From NCBI RefSeq assembly GCF_018350175.1, contig NC_058368.1, positions 33,668,001 through 33,732,000 on the forward strand: a DNA stretch of 64,000 bases. Direction: 5' to 3'. Positions 11,181-24,563 of the stretch are shown one piece after another. This stretch comes from Felis catus. Its lineage: Eukaryota. The notes below the pieces were generated by a model. The model saw only the letters and a program-made list of their open reading frames with translations, was not told where the DNA came from and searched no databases. The number at the start of each line of letters is the position of its first letter. Within the stretch, counting starts at the first letter, position 1. Both the position numbers and the translations under genes were made by a program.

Positions 11181-13099
11181 CATTTAAACCTTATACCAGC
11201 TATAAACTGTTTTTAATTTAAACACCACCTATAAAACAATGGTCACTTTCACACTATATGATATAAGATCTGGGGCAATAGTTTTGTCTTTAAATTACAC
11301 TAATTATTTTAGATTTGCCTCCAGGGGAAAAAAAAAAACAAAAGAAAAATTATCGTTTCTATTCAGAGACTCTAGGGAAGCAACAGGAAATATAGTTTTC
11401 CCTAGTGGCTAATCTGGAACCCAAATAAAATTATGCTTTCTCAGAGCTGGCCAAACTTCTAAAGCTTATTCTTGTCTCCTTGTCTATAACCATTATTAAT
11501 GCAATGAAAGCTATACTTTCTTTCCTAAAGAAATAAGCCTTCAGCTGGCCCTCCCAGAGAGCTATTCACACCATCATTTAATTATATAGCAATGACTCAC
11601 CCTCACAAAATGTTGTAAAGGCATGAAAAGTAAAGACAGTCATTATAATAGAATTGAAAATCATGGCACTGAGTTCTTAAAATATTTCTTGATTACAGAC
11701 CCCAAAATTTCTAGAATACTTTACTCGTTTATCCCTCCTTCAAATTTTTGTCCAGTTTCACCTTTTTTCCCCCTATTTATCAAGAAAGCATGCCTAATTT
11801 TTAGCATTCACATGTATCTGGAATCTGATCAAGATAATATAGGCATTGAAGTAAGATAATTTAATTATGCTATACAGAATATATTGTTAATCAAGCTCAA
11901 CAATATTTTATGTAACAAAAACAGGTAACATAACATTTAATATTAAAATAAAATATTGCTGATCAAGAAATTTGCTGATAAAAACATTTCTCCTTTAATG
12001 ACTTCAACAAAACTTTAAAAGTAAAAGAACTGTCAAAAACAAACAAAAACAAACAATCGAAAGAACTGCCATTTTTCTTCAAAGATTCAGTATCTTGGCT
12101 ACCAATAGTAAGGTTAGTGTTCCTAAGATAACTCTGGGCAACTGAAGCAGCATATTATCCAGATAATTTTGACTACATTAAATATCACTATCCTGGGTAA
12201 TGAAAATAAAGTATTTTTTACAGGAAAATTATAAAATATTTGTAATCTTTAATGTAACAAGCTAGAAACACAGTAAGAAGCAAAAAAAAATGAAGTGAGG
12301 ACTTTAAGCATCAAGAAAAACATATATAAAACCAAAATATACTTTTCTAAAAAAATAAAATAGTGGGTTCAAATATATAAATAGAAGATCTCAAAGCAAA
12401 AATCAAACACAGATTTTGTTAGTCATAAGTATATTACTGAAGAAAATCCCTAAAGCAATAAAAAACTTTAAAAATATTTACCCTTAAATGTAATTGTTTT
12501 TGGCAATCTTTACTTTTCTGTGTTTCTTATTTTTAGAGTTACCATTCTATAATAAATTTTATCAAATATTCAAATAAAAAAAGTCCAGGAGCACTTTTAC
12601 TACTAAAAAACATTCAACTATCTTTGAGTCAGTTCCCAAAAGTTTCTATATTGCATAAGTAATTTAGTTTCTATCAAACAGGACTGTGGTCTTTGAGCCA
12701 AATGATTCTTTGATTTTTTTTTAACAATAAACAAAAACCTAAGCCAACAAGACACATAAAGGATTTTTATCTCCATAAAACTTTGTGCGTTTTTTCTTTC
12801 CTTTTTTTTTTTCGTTGTTGTTATTTTTAAATCAAATGCAGTACAATGTGCTATGCTGGCCAAAACTGGCAGGCTTTCGGCAAAGGTGAAGTATGTCAAA
12901 TGACTGAATATTTCTAAGCCACAAAGTAGGTGAAACTAGTTTGTCAATGGTAACACAAAATGAGAGGTTTTTTACAGTCTAGAATCAAAACTCTCCAGGT
13001 AAAACAAGAAGCTTGATGCACTAAAGGGAAATGAATGTTTCTACTTGTCCAAAGGAAGAAATTATGTGTCTCAAAAGAGATTAAAAAATAATTTCTCTT

Positions 13100-13101
<2 letters not shown>

Positions 13102-13140
<39 letters not shown>
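13102..13140. repeat. (CA)n microsatellite
   Basis: Direct observation. Confidence 0.95.
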
Positions 13141-13142
<2 letters not shown>

Positions 13143-13184
13143 TACTCTTTACCCATTTGTGGAATATACTGGTCAAGTTTTCTA

Positions 13185-13720
13185 TTTTACCTTTTTAAGA
13201 TATTATAGAATCAAATTCAGCCAGTTTTGGTGTATGGTTTGATAAACTGGTAATTATATACATTTGCATGACCAAGACCACAATCAGGACCTAAGACAGT
13301 TCCACAAATCCAAAAAGTTGCTGGTACCACATTGCAGTCAATTCAATTTGACCTCAAAACTCAGACAACCACTAATGTGATTTCAGAATTTGTCATTATC
13401 ATACTTTAACAGAATCAATTCATTCATGGTCTTTTGTGTTTGTTTCTTTCAATTAACATAACAATTTGTGATTCACCTATAGTTTGCATATTAATATTAT
13501 ATGTCTCTACTTGTAAGTAGTATTCCATAATATGGATACACCAAAATCTATTATTATTAATATTGATGGTTGATGATTAGTTTTATTGATTACTGATTTA
13601 TTAATGGATATTTTGTTTCCAGTTTTTAATGAATAATGCTGCAATGAATGCACATATTAACATATTTCTGTAGGCACGCATGTTAATTTCCATTGGGTAT
13701 TACCTATGATTTGAATTGGT
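13185..13720 (-). mobile_element. Old L1M 3' fragment
   Basis: Typical antisense L1M 3' motifs (accacaatca...ccaaaaagtt...ttgcagtca; tagtattcca...tatggatacacc). Confidence 0.65.
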
Positions 13721-13928
13721 GAGTTTTCATGAGAAAAATCTTGAAAGAAGACATAGGTGAAGAAAACATCTTACCTTTAATGAAACAAAGACATACATCA
13801 CAGTGGACTAATTATCAGAATCCACACAAGCAAAAATACAGTAAAGTTGAAAGTTTTGAAAGAGAAAAAATAAAACCACCAGACTAGATTTCCACATCCA
13901 GCAAATTAATTTTCCAAAGTGAAAGAGA

Positions 13929-14292
13929 GCTCTTTGGTTTTGGCAGCAGAAATGAGATGACAAAGGGGACGTCATATGTGGAAAGTGACACAACAAGACC
14001 CACATGTGTGTTACCACTGTGGCTCTAAGGCCCATCACTCTCAGAAGGTGACCTGTGGCAAATGTGTCTATCCTGCCAAGAGGAAGAAAAAGTATAGGTG
14101 GAGTGCCAAGGCTAAAAGACTGGGACCAGTCAAAAGAGGCACCTAAACATTGAATACCACAAATCCAGGCATGGATTCCATGAAGGAACAACACCTACAC
14201 CCAAGAGGGCAGCTGTTGCAGTACCCAGTTCATCGTAAAGATTTTGGTGACTAGTCACACAATAATAAACGTTCTGGTTTTAAAACATTTAA
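13929..14292 (+). pseudogene. RPL37: Processed pseudogene of 60S ribosomal protein L37
   Basis: Pyrimidine 5' leader, ATG 13957 (MTKGTS), [45 protein letters not shown] 14236-14238, AATAAA 14264-14269, A tail; intronless; frameshifts, TGA stop and about 10-bp deletion; imperfect 13-bp TSD 13916-13928/14293-14305. Confidence 0.93.
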
Positions 14293-14859
14293 AAAATGAA
14301 AGTGAAATAAAGACAATCCAGGTAGAACAAATGCTGAGGGAATTCACCACCAGCAGATCTGCCTTTCAAGAAATGTTAAATGATTTTCTTTAGGTGGAGG
14401 AAAATACAGGTTAGAAAGATGGATCTACATAAAGAAAGGAAGAGTTTGAGAAGGAATAAAAAGGTAAAATAAAATATTTTTTTTCTCATTCCCCACTGAT
14501 CTAAGAGATAACGATTCAAGTAATGCTTTGGGTGATTATAACAACTAGATAAGCGAGATGAATGATAGCAATGCCACAAAGGAAGGAGGAAGGTTAAAAG
14601 GTACCCGCATTAAACTTACAATGAAATGGTTTTATTTTAAAGTAGATTAAAATTAGTCATAAATGTATATTGTAAATTTTAGGACAAACAACAAATTTAA
14701 AGTATAATCTGTAGACTAAAAGATATGAAAGATGATTGACACAAAATATTCTATTGGAGGAAGAAGATAAAGGAAGCTCCAGTAACAAAGAGAAAACAGT
14801 TCCAGACATAGTAGATATTAATCTATCTACTGATACAGAAGTGATATGCATTGACCACA

Positions 14860-15289
14860 AACTATATTTTGAATTTTAAATTTTGGTCTTTTCTTGGGCT
14901 AGCAATATGTGATATGATACCCTCTCATTATGCTGAGAGGGAGTGCAGAGTTCAGAGAGCTGCAGCTCCCAGCCAGCCACACAATCACAAGAGTGAATAA
15001 CTGGTACACTTACAACCCTTATGCATCCATATAACCATTCTGTTTTTCACTATCAGTATTTAATAAATTACATGAGATATTCAACACTTTATTATAATAT
15101 AGGGTTTGTGTGAGACAATTTTGCCCAACTATAGGCTAACGTAAGTGTTCTGAGCATGTATAAAGTGGATTGGGCAAAGTTATGATGTTCGGTAGGTTAG
15201 GTACATTAAATACATTTTCAACTTAAGATATTTTCAATTTACAATGGGCTTATCCGGATGTAATCCCATTGTAAGTCAAAGAAGATCTT
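14860..15289. mobile_element. TcMar-Tigger DNA transposon remnant (Tigger5/MER47-like)
   Basis: Terminal sequence ggtaggttaggt..attaaat..cattttcaactt..cccattgtaagtcaaagaagatct followed by TA; left boundary approximate. Confidence 0.7.
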
Positions 15290-15949
15290 ATATAAATACT
15301 TTAAATACGAATGTTATTTTTGTGACAATTAAGAGAGAATGATAGACAGTGCAGGTAAAAAAAACAGTATATGTGTCTAAAAGAAACACATTTTGAATGG
15401 AAAGACTCTAAAAGCTTAAAAGCAAAGGGATGAAAAAAGATATACAATGCTAGCAACAATCAAAGAAAAGTTGGAGGATCTATATTATTTTCAAAGTAGA
15501 CTTTATATCAATAAAAAATATTATCACAGAGGATTAAGTGATCTAACTGTAATAATGCATAAAAATCCTAAATGTGTATGCACCTAAAATAGAATGTCAA
15601 AATATGAGGCAAAACTAATAGAACTAAACAGAGAAGTAGATAAATCCACTATTACAACTGGAGGCTTCAACAGTCCATGTTAATAATTGATAGGTTAAAT
15701 AGGCAGAAATCAATAAACACATAGTTGACCTGAACCAGACTATCAATCAACTTGATCGAAATGACATTCAAAGAAAGATTCATCCAGCTTCAAAAGAATA
15801 CATCTTCTTCTCATAGAATATTTATTAAGATAAACCACATTATGGGTCATAAAACACACCTTAACAATTTAATAAAATACAAATCATGTAAAGTTGGTTC
15901 TCAGACCATAGCGAAATTAAATTAGAAATCAGTAAGAGAAACATAACAG

Positions 15950-16058
15950 TACTGGGTGTTGTATGGAAGTGTTGAATCACTGTACTGTACACCTGAAACT
16001 AATGTTACACCGTATGTTAACTACCTGGAATTTAAACAAAAAATTATTAAAAAAATAA
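15950..16058 (+). mobile_element. Short carnivore L1 3'-end fragment
   Basis: actgggtgttgtatggaagtgttgaatcact...gaaactaat...tatgttaacta plus A-rich tail; resembles the L1 3' end at 32990-33060. Confidence 0.75.
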
Positions 16059-17367
16059 AAATACCTGGAAAATTACCACATATTTGGAAATTAAACAACA
16101 GATTTCTAAATAATACAAAGGCCAAAATTAAAATCTCAAAAGAAATTAAAGTATTATGAACGAAATGTGTGGGATGCAGTGAAAGCAGTAGTAGAGGGAC
16201 ATTCATAGGATGTAATCTATATATTAGGAAAGAAGAAAGATTTAAAATCAGTAACCTAGCTTTCACTTTACGCAATTAGAGAAAGAAGAGTAAGGTAAGG
16301 CTTGAGCCAGCCCAGGGAGAGAGATCATAAACATTAGGTCAGAAATCCAGAAACTGGAAAACAATGGAGAATATCAACAAAACCAAAAGTTGTTTCTTTC
16401 CATATGAATGCATATCTAGGCAGGATAACAAAAACAAAGAGAGAGAGAGAGAGAGAGAGAGTAATCAGGGATGCTACGAACAACTCAATATCTATAAATT
16501 TGGTAAGTTAGATGAAAAGGGACAATAATTTAAAAATCAAAACTACCAAACTCTCAGAAGTAAAAGATGACCTGAACAGTATGACATCCATTAAATAAAT
16601 TGAATCAATTACTAATAATATCCCCAAAATGAAAGCACCAGTCCATTATGATTACACTAGTGAATTACCCAATCATTTAAGGAAGAAATAATTCCAATTC
16701 TTCACACCATTTTCCAGTATATACAAGTAGAGGGAATACTTCCTTATTCCATATATTAATAGCAAAATGATATAAAACCTTTATCAGCAAACTCCACACT
16801 AATATTTTTCATAAACATAGGTGCAAACAGCCTCAACAAAATACTGACAAATTGAATTTACAAAGTGTAAAAAGAATTATTAACCTTGGCCAAGTGAGAT
16901 TTATTCCAGTATTATAGAATTCTGGAATTCTATTCCAGATATGAAAGGCTAGTTTAGTATTTGAACAGCAATCATTGTGATGCACAATATTGACAAACTA
17001 AAGAAGAGTAACAGACTGAAACATACGGTCATACCAACTGATGCAGGATAAGCATTTGACAAAATCCAATAACAATTTATGAAAAAAAGTCTCAGGAAAC
17101 TAAAAATTGAGGACTTTCCTCGAGTTTATGAAGAACATCTACAAAAAACCTACAGCCAATATTTTACTTAATGGAACAAAACATCACATTCTTCCTAAAA
17201 TTGAAAAGATGATAAGAAGATCTTCCCTCACCACTCCTATGTAGTAACATAATGGAAGTCCTAATTAGTGTAATAAGACAAGAAAAGGAAATAAAATATA
17301 AAGAGTAGGAAGAAATAAAACCATCTTTATTTGCAGATGAATCAATTGTATAAAAAACAACAGAATA

Positions 17368-17575
17368 GGGGTGCCTGGGTGGCTCAGTTGGTTGAGCATC
17401 CGACTTTGGCTCAGGTCATGATCTTGTGGTTTGTGAGTTCAAGCCCCACATTAGGCTCTGTGCTGACAGCTCAGAACTTGGAGCCTGCTTCGGATTCTGT
17501 GTCTCCCTCTCTCTTTGCCCCTCTCTGCTTGTTCATTCTCTCTCTTTCTCTCTCTCAAAAATAAATAAACATTAG
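17368..17575 (+). mobile_element. Can-SINE
   Basis: TSD aaaaaa(c/t)aacagaat 17352-17366/17576-17590. Confidence 0.93.
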
Positions 17576-17726
17576 AAAAAATAACAGAATTGACCTCCCC
17601 ACCAAAAGCCTCCGAAAACACATAAATAAGTTATACAACATTACAGGTTGATATTACATGGATGTTCATTGTTTTCCTATATAGGAACAATAAGGAAATG
17701 GAACTCAAAATTAAAAATACAATTTA

Positions 17727-17938
17727 GGGGCGCCTGGGTGGCTCAGTCAGTTAAGTGTTCGACTTCAGCTCAGGTTATGATCTCACAGCTTGTGAGTTCG
17801 AGCCCCACATCCGGCTCTGTGCTGACAGCATGGAGCCTGTAGCCTGCTTTGGATTCTGTGTCTCCCTCTCTCTCTGCCCCTCTCCCACTCACACTCTGTT
17901 TCTCTCTCAAGAAATAAACAAACATTAAAAAAAATTTT
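17727..17938 (+). mobile_element. Can-SINE
   Basis: TSD aaaaatac(a/c)atttag. Confidence 0.93.
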
Positions 17939-19195
17939 AAAAATACCATTTAGCATTGCATCAAAAAGTGATACTTAAGCATAAATCTAACAATTATATT
18001 AAAAAACCTGTCTATGGAAAATTGCTAAATAACAATGCTCTTTTAAAATATTTAAATAAATGTGTAGAGATTCCTCAATCACTCATTGACAGATGTAATA
18101 GTGTTAAGATGTCAATTCTACCCAGCTTGATCTAAGAATTAAGTATGACCTTAATCAAAATCCCAGGAAACTACTATTAGATATCAACAATCTGATTTGA
18201 AATTTATACAGAAAGCCAACAGTCTTGACAAGAGTCAACACAGTATTGAAGAACAAAGTTACAGGACTTAACACTACTTGAATTCAACCTTTCTACAAGA
18301 TTTTATTAACCAAAAGAATGTAATAATGGCAATAACATAGGTTAATGGAACAAAATATAGTTCCTAGAAATACAGCCTAAAAAATTTAGTTAACTAATCT
18401 TTGACAAAGAATCAGAGGCAGATCAATAAAGAAAAATCTTTTCAACCCATGGCTCTGTATCAATATGCATATTGATCTGACATCCATAAGCAAAAATATT
18501 AACCTAGGGCTTGCACATTACACATTAAATGACTCAGAATGGATCATAGACCAAAATGAAAAACAAAAACTATTAAACTTCTAGAAAATAACTTAGAAGA
18601 AAATCTACATCATCTTGGGTTGGCTGATGAGTCATAGAATATGATGCCAAAAGTGATATCCATGGAAGAAAAAAATTAGTCTTTATTAAAATAAAAAAAA
18701 TGTTCTTTATGAAAGACATGGTTAATACAATAAAAAGATAAATCAAAGATGGGGAGAAAATATTATCAAAATACATATCTGATAAAGTACTTGTGTCCAA
18801 AATATACTGCAAAAATATTAAATATTAAGAAAACAAAAATTCAATTAAAATAGACAAATGTCTCAACAGATGACACACTAAAAAAAGACATGCAGAGGGA
18901 AAATAAGCATATGCAAAGATGCTTAATATAATTTGATCTTAGGGAATCGCAAATTAATACAATAATTTTTCCAACACACACCTTACAATGACTGAAATTT
19001 AAATAAACAGACTCTAAATATGCACTAATGATGTGGAGCAACAGAACTCTTATCAGTTGCTGGTGGGAGAAAAGAATTGATGCAGCCACTTTGGATGGCA
19101 GTTTCTTATAAAAGTAAACATCTACTTATCAAACATTACAGCAATTGCACTGCTGGGAATTTACACTCTAACCTGAAACCTTATGAGCACGCACG

Positions 19196-19199
<4 letters not shown>

Positions 19200-19231
<32 letters not shown>
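19200..19231. repeat. (CA)n microsatellite
   Basis: Direct observation. Confidence 0.9.
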
Positions 19232-19232
<1 letters not shown>

Positions 19233-19597
19233 CTGCACATGGATGTGTATAGCAGCATTATTCATGGATAAATCTCAATTTCTTATCTATAAATGAAAGG
19301 AGCTAGTCTCTTAAAGCAATATAATGTATGAGTCCAATTATATTTCATTCTGGGAAAGGCAGAACTACAGGTTCAGTAAACAGATCAGTGATTGCCAGGG
19401 GGCTGGGGAGAGCAAAAGTGAAATAGAAAAACTATTTTAGTTTTTATAAAATGATACCATGTTAAGCACTGGTCAAAAGCCATGGAAATTTGCAACACAA
19501 AACGTAATATTTATTATATGTAATTTTTTAAAAGAAAGCATTTAGGAGATCAGGGATTCCCTGGGTAGAATACAGAATGTGATAAAGAATATACATG

Positions 19598-19770
19598 GGT
19601 CACCTGGGTAACCCATCAATTAAGCATCCAACTTCAGTTCAGGTCATGATCTCACAGTTGGTGAGTTTGAGCCCCTGGAGCCTGCTTGGATTCTGTGTCT
19701 CCCTCTCTCTCTGCCCCTCCACTGCTCGCACTCTGTCTCTCTGTCTCTCAAAAATAAATAAACATTAAGA
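19598..19770 (+). mobile_element. Can-SINE with internal deletion
   Basis: TSD aaagaatata(c/a)atg 19584-19597/19771-19784; lacks the GGCTCTGTGCTGACAG segment. Confidence 0.88.
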
Positions 19771-19949
19771 AAAGAATATAAATGTATTACAAATGTATAA
19801 AACAACCTCACTAAAAATAGTAGGGAGTAGGGGCTAACCGACATTACTTTGAAAATAAATAGATTCTGTAAGACTAAAGCCCCCAGAAGCTGCACATAAG
19901 TACTGTACTCTAGCTGATAAAGTACTTTTCACAGCGGTGTAACAGGTGG

Positions 19950-20052
19950 TGTACATGAAAGTTGCTAAGAGAGTGTTTTTTTAAAGTTCTCACCATACAC
20001 AGAAAACAGAAGTAGCTATGTGAAGTAATGAATCTGTTTACTTATTTCTATA

Positions 20053-20118
<66 letters not shown>

Positions 20119-20274
20119 TACACACACACACCACTATATCTTAGTCTAAACATTTTTATTTCATGGATAATATTTAGAAATATTAACTTCCATTACAGCA
20201 TATGTAACTTTTGTATTGTAATGAATGTATGGAATATGACACATAATTATAATTGTCTGATATATATGTATGTG

Positions 20275-20305
<31 letters not shown>

Positions 20306-20375
20306 CACTGTTATATAACTTGAAGTCACAAAATGTTACATCTCAATTATATCTCAATACAGCTGGAAAAAATAA
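19950..20375 (+). mobile_element. L1MA/MB-type 3'-end fragment containing an expanded (TA)n(CA)n tract
   Basis: aaagttgctaagagag...ttctcacca...caattatatctcaatacagctggaaaaaataaa. Confidence 0.7.
20130..20260 (+). repeat. Dispersed direct repeat, copy A (about 95% identical to 22288-22419)
   Basis: Manual alignment: 5 substitutions and 1 indel over 132 bp. Confidence 0.95.
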
Positions 20376-21654
20376 AGTAACTTAGAATACAATTCTGAGA
20401 CCAATTTACAAGTCTACTGTAATTGAACCCATATTTCCATTAAGTAAATGGAAGGCAGGGTGTTAAATCTACGTTCCTCATGGTTGGTTGGAGTGGGCAG
20501 TTACAGGTAAACAAGAGGAAGAAAATAGAATGATTTCTGTGGTAATGGATTGGAACTGGATATATCAGTATTTTGTCAGGTTTCATTTCCTATACAGATG
20601 GTTACACATAGAAAAATTTATAACTATATGCTACACACGTATGTCCTTGCTCCGTCAGCTAAAAGAACCTAAGTGCAAAACCATCTCAGAGCAACAGATA
20701 TACTTAAGTATCCAAATCTTGGGTTCTAATATGATTTCCCAATAAAATAAACCAAGGATCATTGGAGAGATGACTGATTCGAGGACTGGAGCAGGAAATA
20801 CACAAAAGCATCTTGTATTGTGAGACGATATGAAGTTCTGGGGGAAAGAAAAGTATGAAAAGAAAAAGAAAACTCCCAATGATGGGGGATGTAAAAGGGA
20901 CACAGATATAAGCTAAGAGATCTCCCACTGAAAAATTTGCAGTAATTCAACAGCAAAATAAAGACTGCTGTATGGAATCATAAAGCATGAAATAAAAATC
21001 TGAGTCCATACTAATACAAATAAAGTGAACAAATACATTAAACCCCTAATGCAAAATAATCCCAAATAATGTATGTAGATACTTCATCCTTAACAAGAGG
21101 GCTCATAACTTACATTTCTTAAGTGTGGGGTATGCACAATGATCTCCTTTCAAAAGTAAAAAAAGGGTAAAGAATAGTAACTTTATGGTGGAGAAAAGTG
21201 ACAAACATCTCCTCAAGCCAGGTGACTGTTAACATCAACAGTGATAAGTCATATTGATAGTATGTACTCTTAGCTAATGTAATGAGAATGGTGTCTTATT
21301 TTTATGATCCTCCTCCAAAAATACATTACCTCAGTGGGAAAACATCAAACAATTTCCAATGAGTGACAACCTATAAAATCTTTGACCAGAATTCAAGGTC
21401 ATCAAAATAAGAAAAGTCTTAAAAACTGTCAAAACCAACAAGAAGCTAAGGAAACAGCACTATGAAATGTAATGTGGAATCAGGGATGGGATTCTGGAAC
21501 AGAAAAAGGATATTCATTTCTTTCAAAAGCTAAGAAAATTGGAATAAATATGGGCAGAAGTAATAACATGAATAGGTGTTCATTAATTGTGACCAGTGTA
21601 CTGTACAAATGTAAGATGTCAATAAAAGGGTGCTCAGCGTGGGACACAGAGTAA

Positions 21655-22190
21655 TGTGATTTAGATATAATTCATATTCCATGCAATTCACCAACTGAAA
21701 GCATACAATTGGTTGTATAATACAATTGACTATTAGTATTTCATGGATAGGTGAAACCATAACCCAGTCGATTTGACAACATTCTCATCACCTCAAAAAG
21801 AAAACCTGTGTCCTTAAGCTATCATCCACTATTCTCCCATCCCATCTCCCCATCCATAAGCAACTAAGTTAAGTTTCTGTCTCTATAGATTTCTTGTTCT
21901 GGATATTTTGTTTGAGTGGAACGATATAATATGTGGTATTTTGTGACTGGTTTCTTTCCCTTAAAATGATGTTTTCAAAGTTCATCCATGTTGTATCATG
22001 TATCAGCACTCCATTCCTTTTTGTAGTTGAAAATATTCTACTGTATGGATAAACAACATTTTAATCCATTCATCATCAGTTGATGGACATTCGGGTTGTT
22101 TCCACATTTGGGCTATTGTGACTGATGTTGTTCTAAATATTTTCATGCTGGGTTTTGCATGGACATAATTGTCAACAATTTTTCTAGTTT
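21655..22190 (-). mobile_element. L1MB-type 3' fragment
   Basis: Antisense L1 3'UTR/ORF2 end (minus ORF ...IAQMWKQPECPSTDDEWIK). Confidence 0.8.
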
Positions 22191-22287
22191 GCTTTCTTCT
22201 CAATCTTCCTATTGTGCATGCTTTGAAACTAAATTGTCACATAGTCAAAATATGCTCTTAGGGCATAAATGAGGTATATTTTGATAA

Positions 22288-22419
22288 ACCACTATATCTT
22301 AGTCTCAAACATTTTTATGCCTTGGATAATATTTAGAAATATTAACTTTCATTACAGCATATGTAACTTTTGTATTATAATGAATGTATGGAATATGACA
22401 CATAATTATAATTGTCTGA
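22288..22419 (+). repeat. Dispersed direct repeat, copy B (probable donor)
   Basis: Manual alignment with 20130-20260. Confidence 0.95.
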
Positions 22420-24085
22420 CTTCTCTGTTAGCAAGAGCTGAGAAGCCCCAGAGATGAATGATTGACTAGATATCTGCATCCAAATGAGATTCATAAATTT
22501 TAAAGCAGAGCTTTTAGAAGTATCTGTCATATCTACTTCCGTCTACTGTTATCCTAATTATAAGTATTTGAAATAAAGATATTGTGTGATATGATTCATA
22601 CCCCATCAGAAATGTTAGTTTCCTTCTTCATGAGTCTGTGACATATGTGCTATATAGTTTAGAACAATTCTGATGAAAATGTTAAAAATGTATAAGGTGC
22701 TCTCCCCTTCCCCCCTTTTTAAATAAAAAAAAGTATTACTGAAATGTAATAATGCCTAGTAGCCAAAAGAATTTCAATATAAATCTGTAACAGTCCTCAG
22801 AGTCTTATAAGCAACATTCATTATAACTTTAATAAATACTCCAATTAACCATGACACCAAACTCCAGCTAAAATTGTATCTAAGCCTTTTTAACATGCAG
22901 AGGGTTTAACATACTGCAGACTACAGATTCTTGGACATAAACTGAAAGTCGCAATTTCTTAAGTTCCCTTACCTTTCTTACTCTCTATCATTTTCATAGA
23001 TGCCCAGAATTTCCCAGAAATTAGTGTTTTATTGTTAACTTCACATAATCCCTCAATCAGTAGCTGAATGACTGTATAGTTACAAACCAAACGAATTACA
23101 AAATCAGCCTTTCTTTTCCATTTTAAGCACAAAAGGCAGCTTTTGGATAAACACCTTGTCAATATCCAATAGAAATTTGAATTAAAGATAGCCATAATGT
23201 AATTTATACCAAAAAAAGTTTGATTTCAAATTAGTTAAAAGGTCTTAAGTCATAGCCATAATCATTATGTAGTTCATTGCTTAACAGGCAACATAACTTA
23301 GGATACAAATGTTCTTCATCACTTTTTTTTACTAAATATAATTCTTATTAAATTTGTTTCAAAAGAAAAACAAAACCATTATGCTAAGATGTCTTGCCCT
23401 CCTCAGTGTTGGGCTCTTCCTTCTCTCTTATTATACTAGCCATGAATTAGCATCTAGTAATTTTAATTCACTAATTCACCCATTTATTTATTCATAGAAC
23501 ATATGAAACATCTGTTATATAGCTGCTGAGGTTTATTAGTTAAACCATTTTTTTAAGTTATGGAGAATGAAGGCTCATAATACAGACTGATGTCCTGGAT
23601 GCTCCCTAGGAGTTTATCCTGTTAACCCTTTATTTTACTACTTTAATTATAAAATAAGAGGAGGAAATTACAATATAAAGTATTTTTAGGAATAATATGA
23701 GATAGAAATAGCTGGATAAAATATGCGAGAGAAAAAATAAACACATGATGTTTTCACAAATAAAAATGATAATGTTCGCTGCTATCAGATTCCCACATGA
23801 ATGACAGATTGCTTGGGGTAAACTTTAGCTCAGACCGAATGCTGGTTCTCCTCCTCCTACTTCTATATTTTGTCTTCTTTCCTCTTGTCATTATTTCACT
23901 TCCTCAAACATGCCATTGATTTTTCTAACAGAATGTTTGACTAATCAAATGTCTATTTAATAAGCATCTATTTGTGATAGTCACCATAGAATTAGAAAAA
24001 AAAAAGGAAAAATTTCTCACAAACAATTGGAAGTCTGGGATACATATGTGATGATGGTATGACTAACACAGTATATAAATTGTAG

Positions 24086-24531
24086 TGTAGTGGGATGTAG
24101 GATGACCACCAAAAATATAGGTCCACACCCTAATTCACAGAACCTGTGAATATTATCTTATATGGTAAAGACTGGTTATTGTCTTATCTGGTGAAATATG
24201 GGTTTCCTCAAGGATACTGAATGGAAGGGATTATGCAGGTAGGCCCTAAATCCAATGACAGATGTTCTTATGAGCATGATGTAGAGGGAGATTAGATATA
24301 TAAGAGTAGGAGGTAAGGTAACCAAAGAGGCAGAGATTGGAGTGATGCAGCTACAGGTCAAGTTATACCTGGAACCATCAGAAGCTGAGAGGCAAGAAAT
24401 GGATTCTCCCACACAGCACCCCCAGAGAAAACAAACATGGCCCAGCCAGATTTGGGCATACAGAACTGTGAGGGAATAACTTCCCATTGATCTAAATCAC
24501 CAAGTTATGGTAACCTGTTTACAGCAGCCTC

Positions 24532-24533
<2 letters not shown>
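24086..24533 (+). mobile_element. MaLR solo LTR (MLT1-type)
   Basis: TG start; gaacctgtgaatatt, ggccctaaatccaatgac, gaggcagagattggagtgatgcagctaca, cagaactgtgag motifs. Confidence 0.8.

Positions 24534-24563
<30 letters not shown>

Larger units (their letters stand above)
13730..21645 (+). mobile_element. Ancient near-full-length L1M (L1MC/MD-like): ORF1 end, decayed ORF2, long 3'UTR; interrupted by many younger insertions
   Basis: A-rich strand; ORF1 C-terminal remnants at 13730-13925 and 14293-14400; EN-like remnant about 15370; RT SLFAD remnant tctttatttgcagat about 17324-17338; 3' portion to about 21.6 kb. Confidence 0.8.

Noticed and set aside
13808..14194. 128-aa minus-strand ORF
   Set aside because: Antisense to the RPL37 pseudogene and old L1; chance frame
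17331..17842. ORFs containing GAWVAQ...AQVMI...SVLTAQ, recurring across the window
   Set aside because: Translations of Can-SINE sequence, not a protein family
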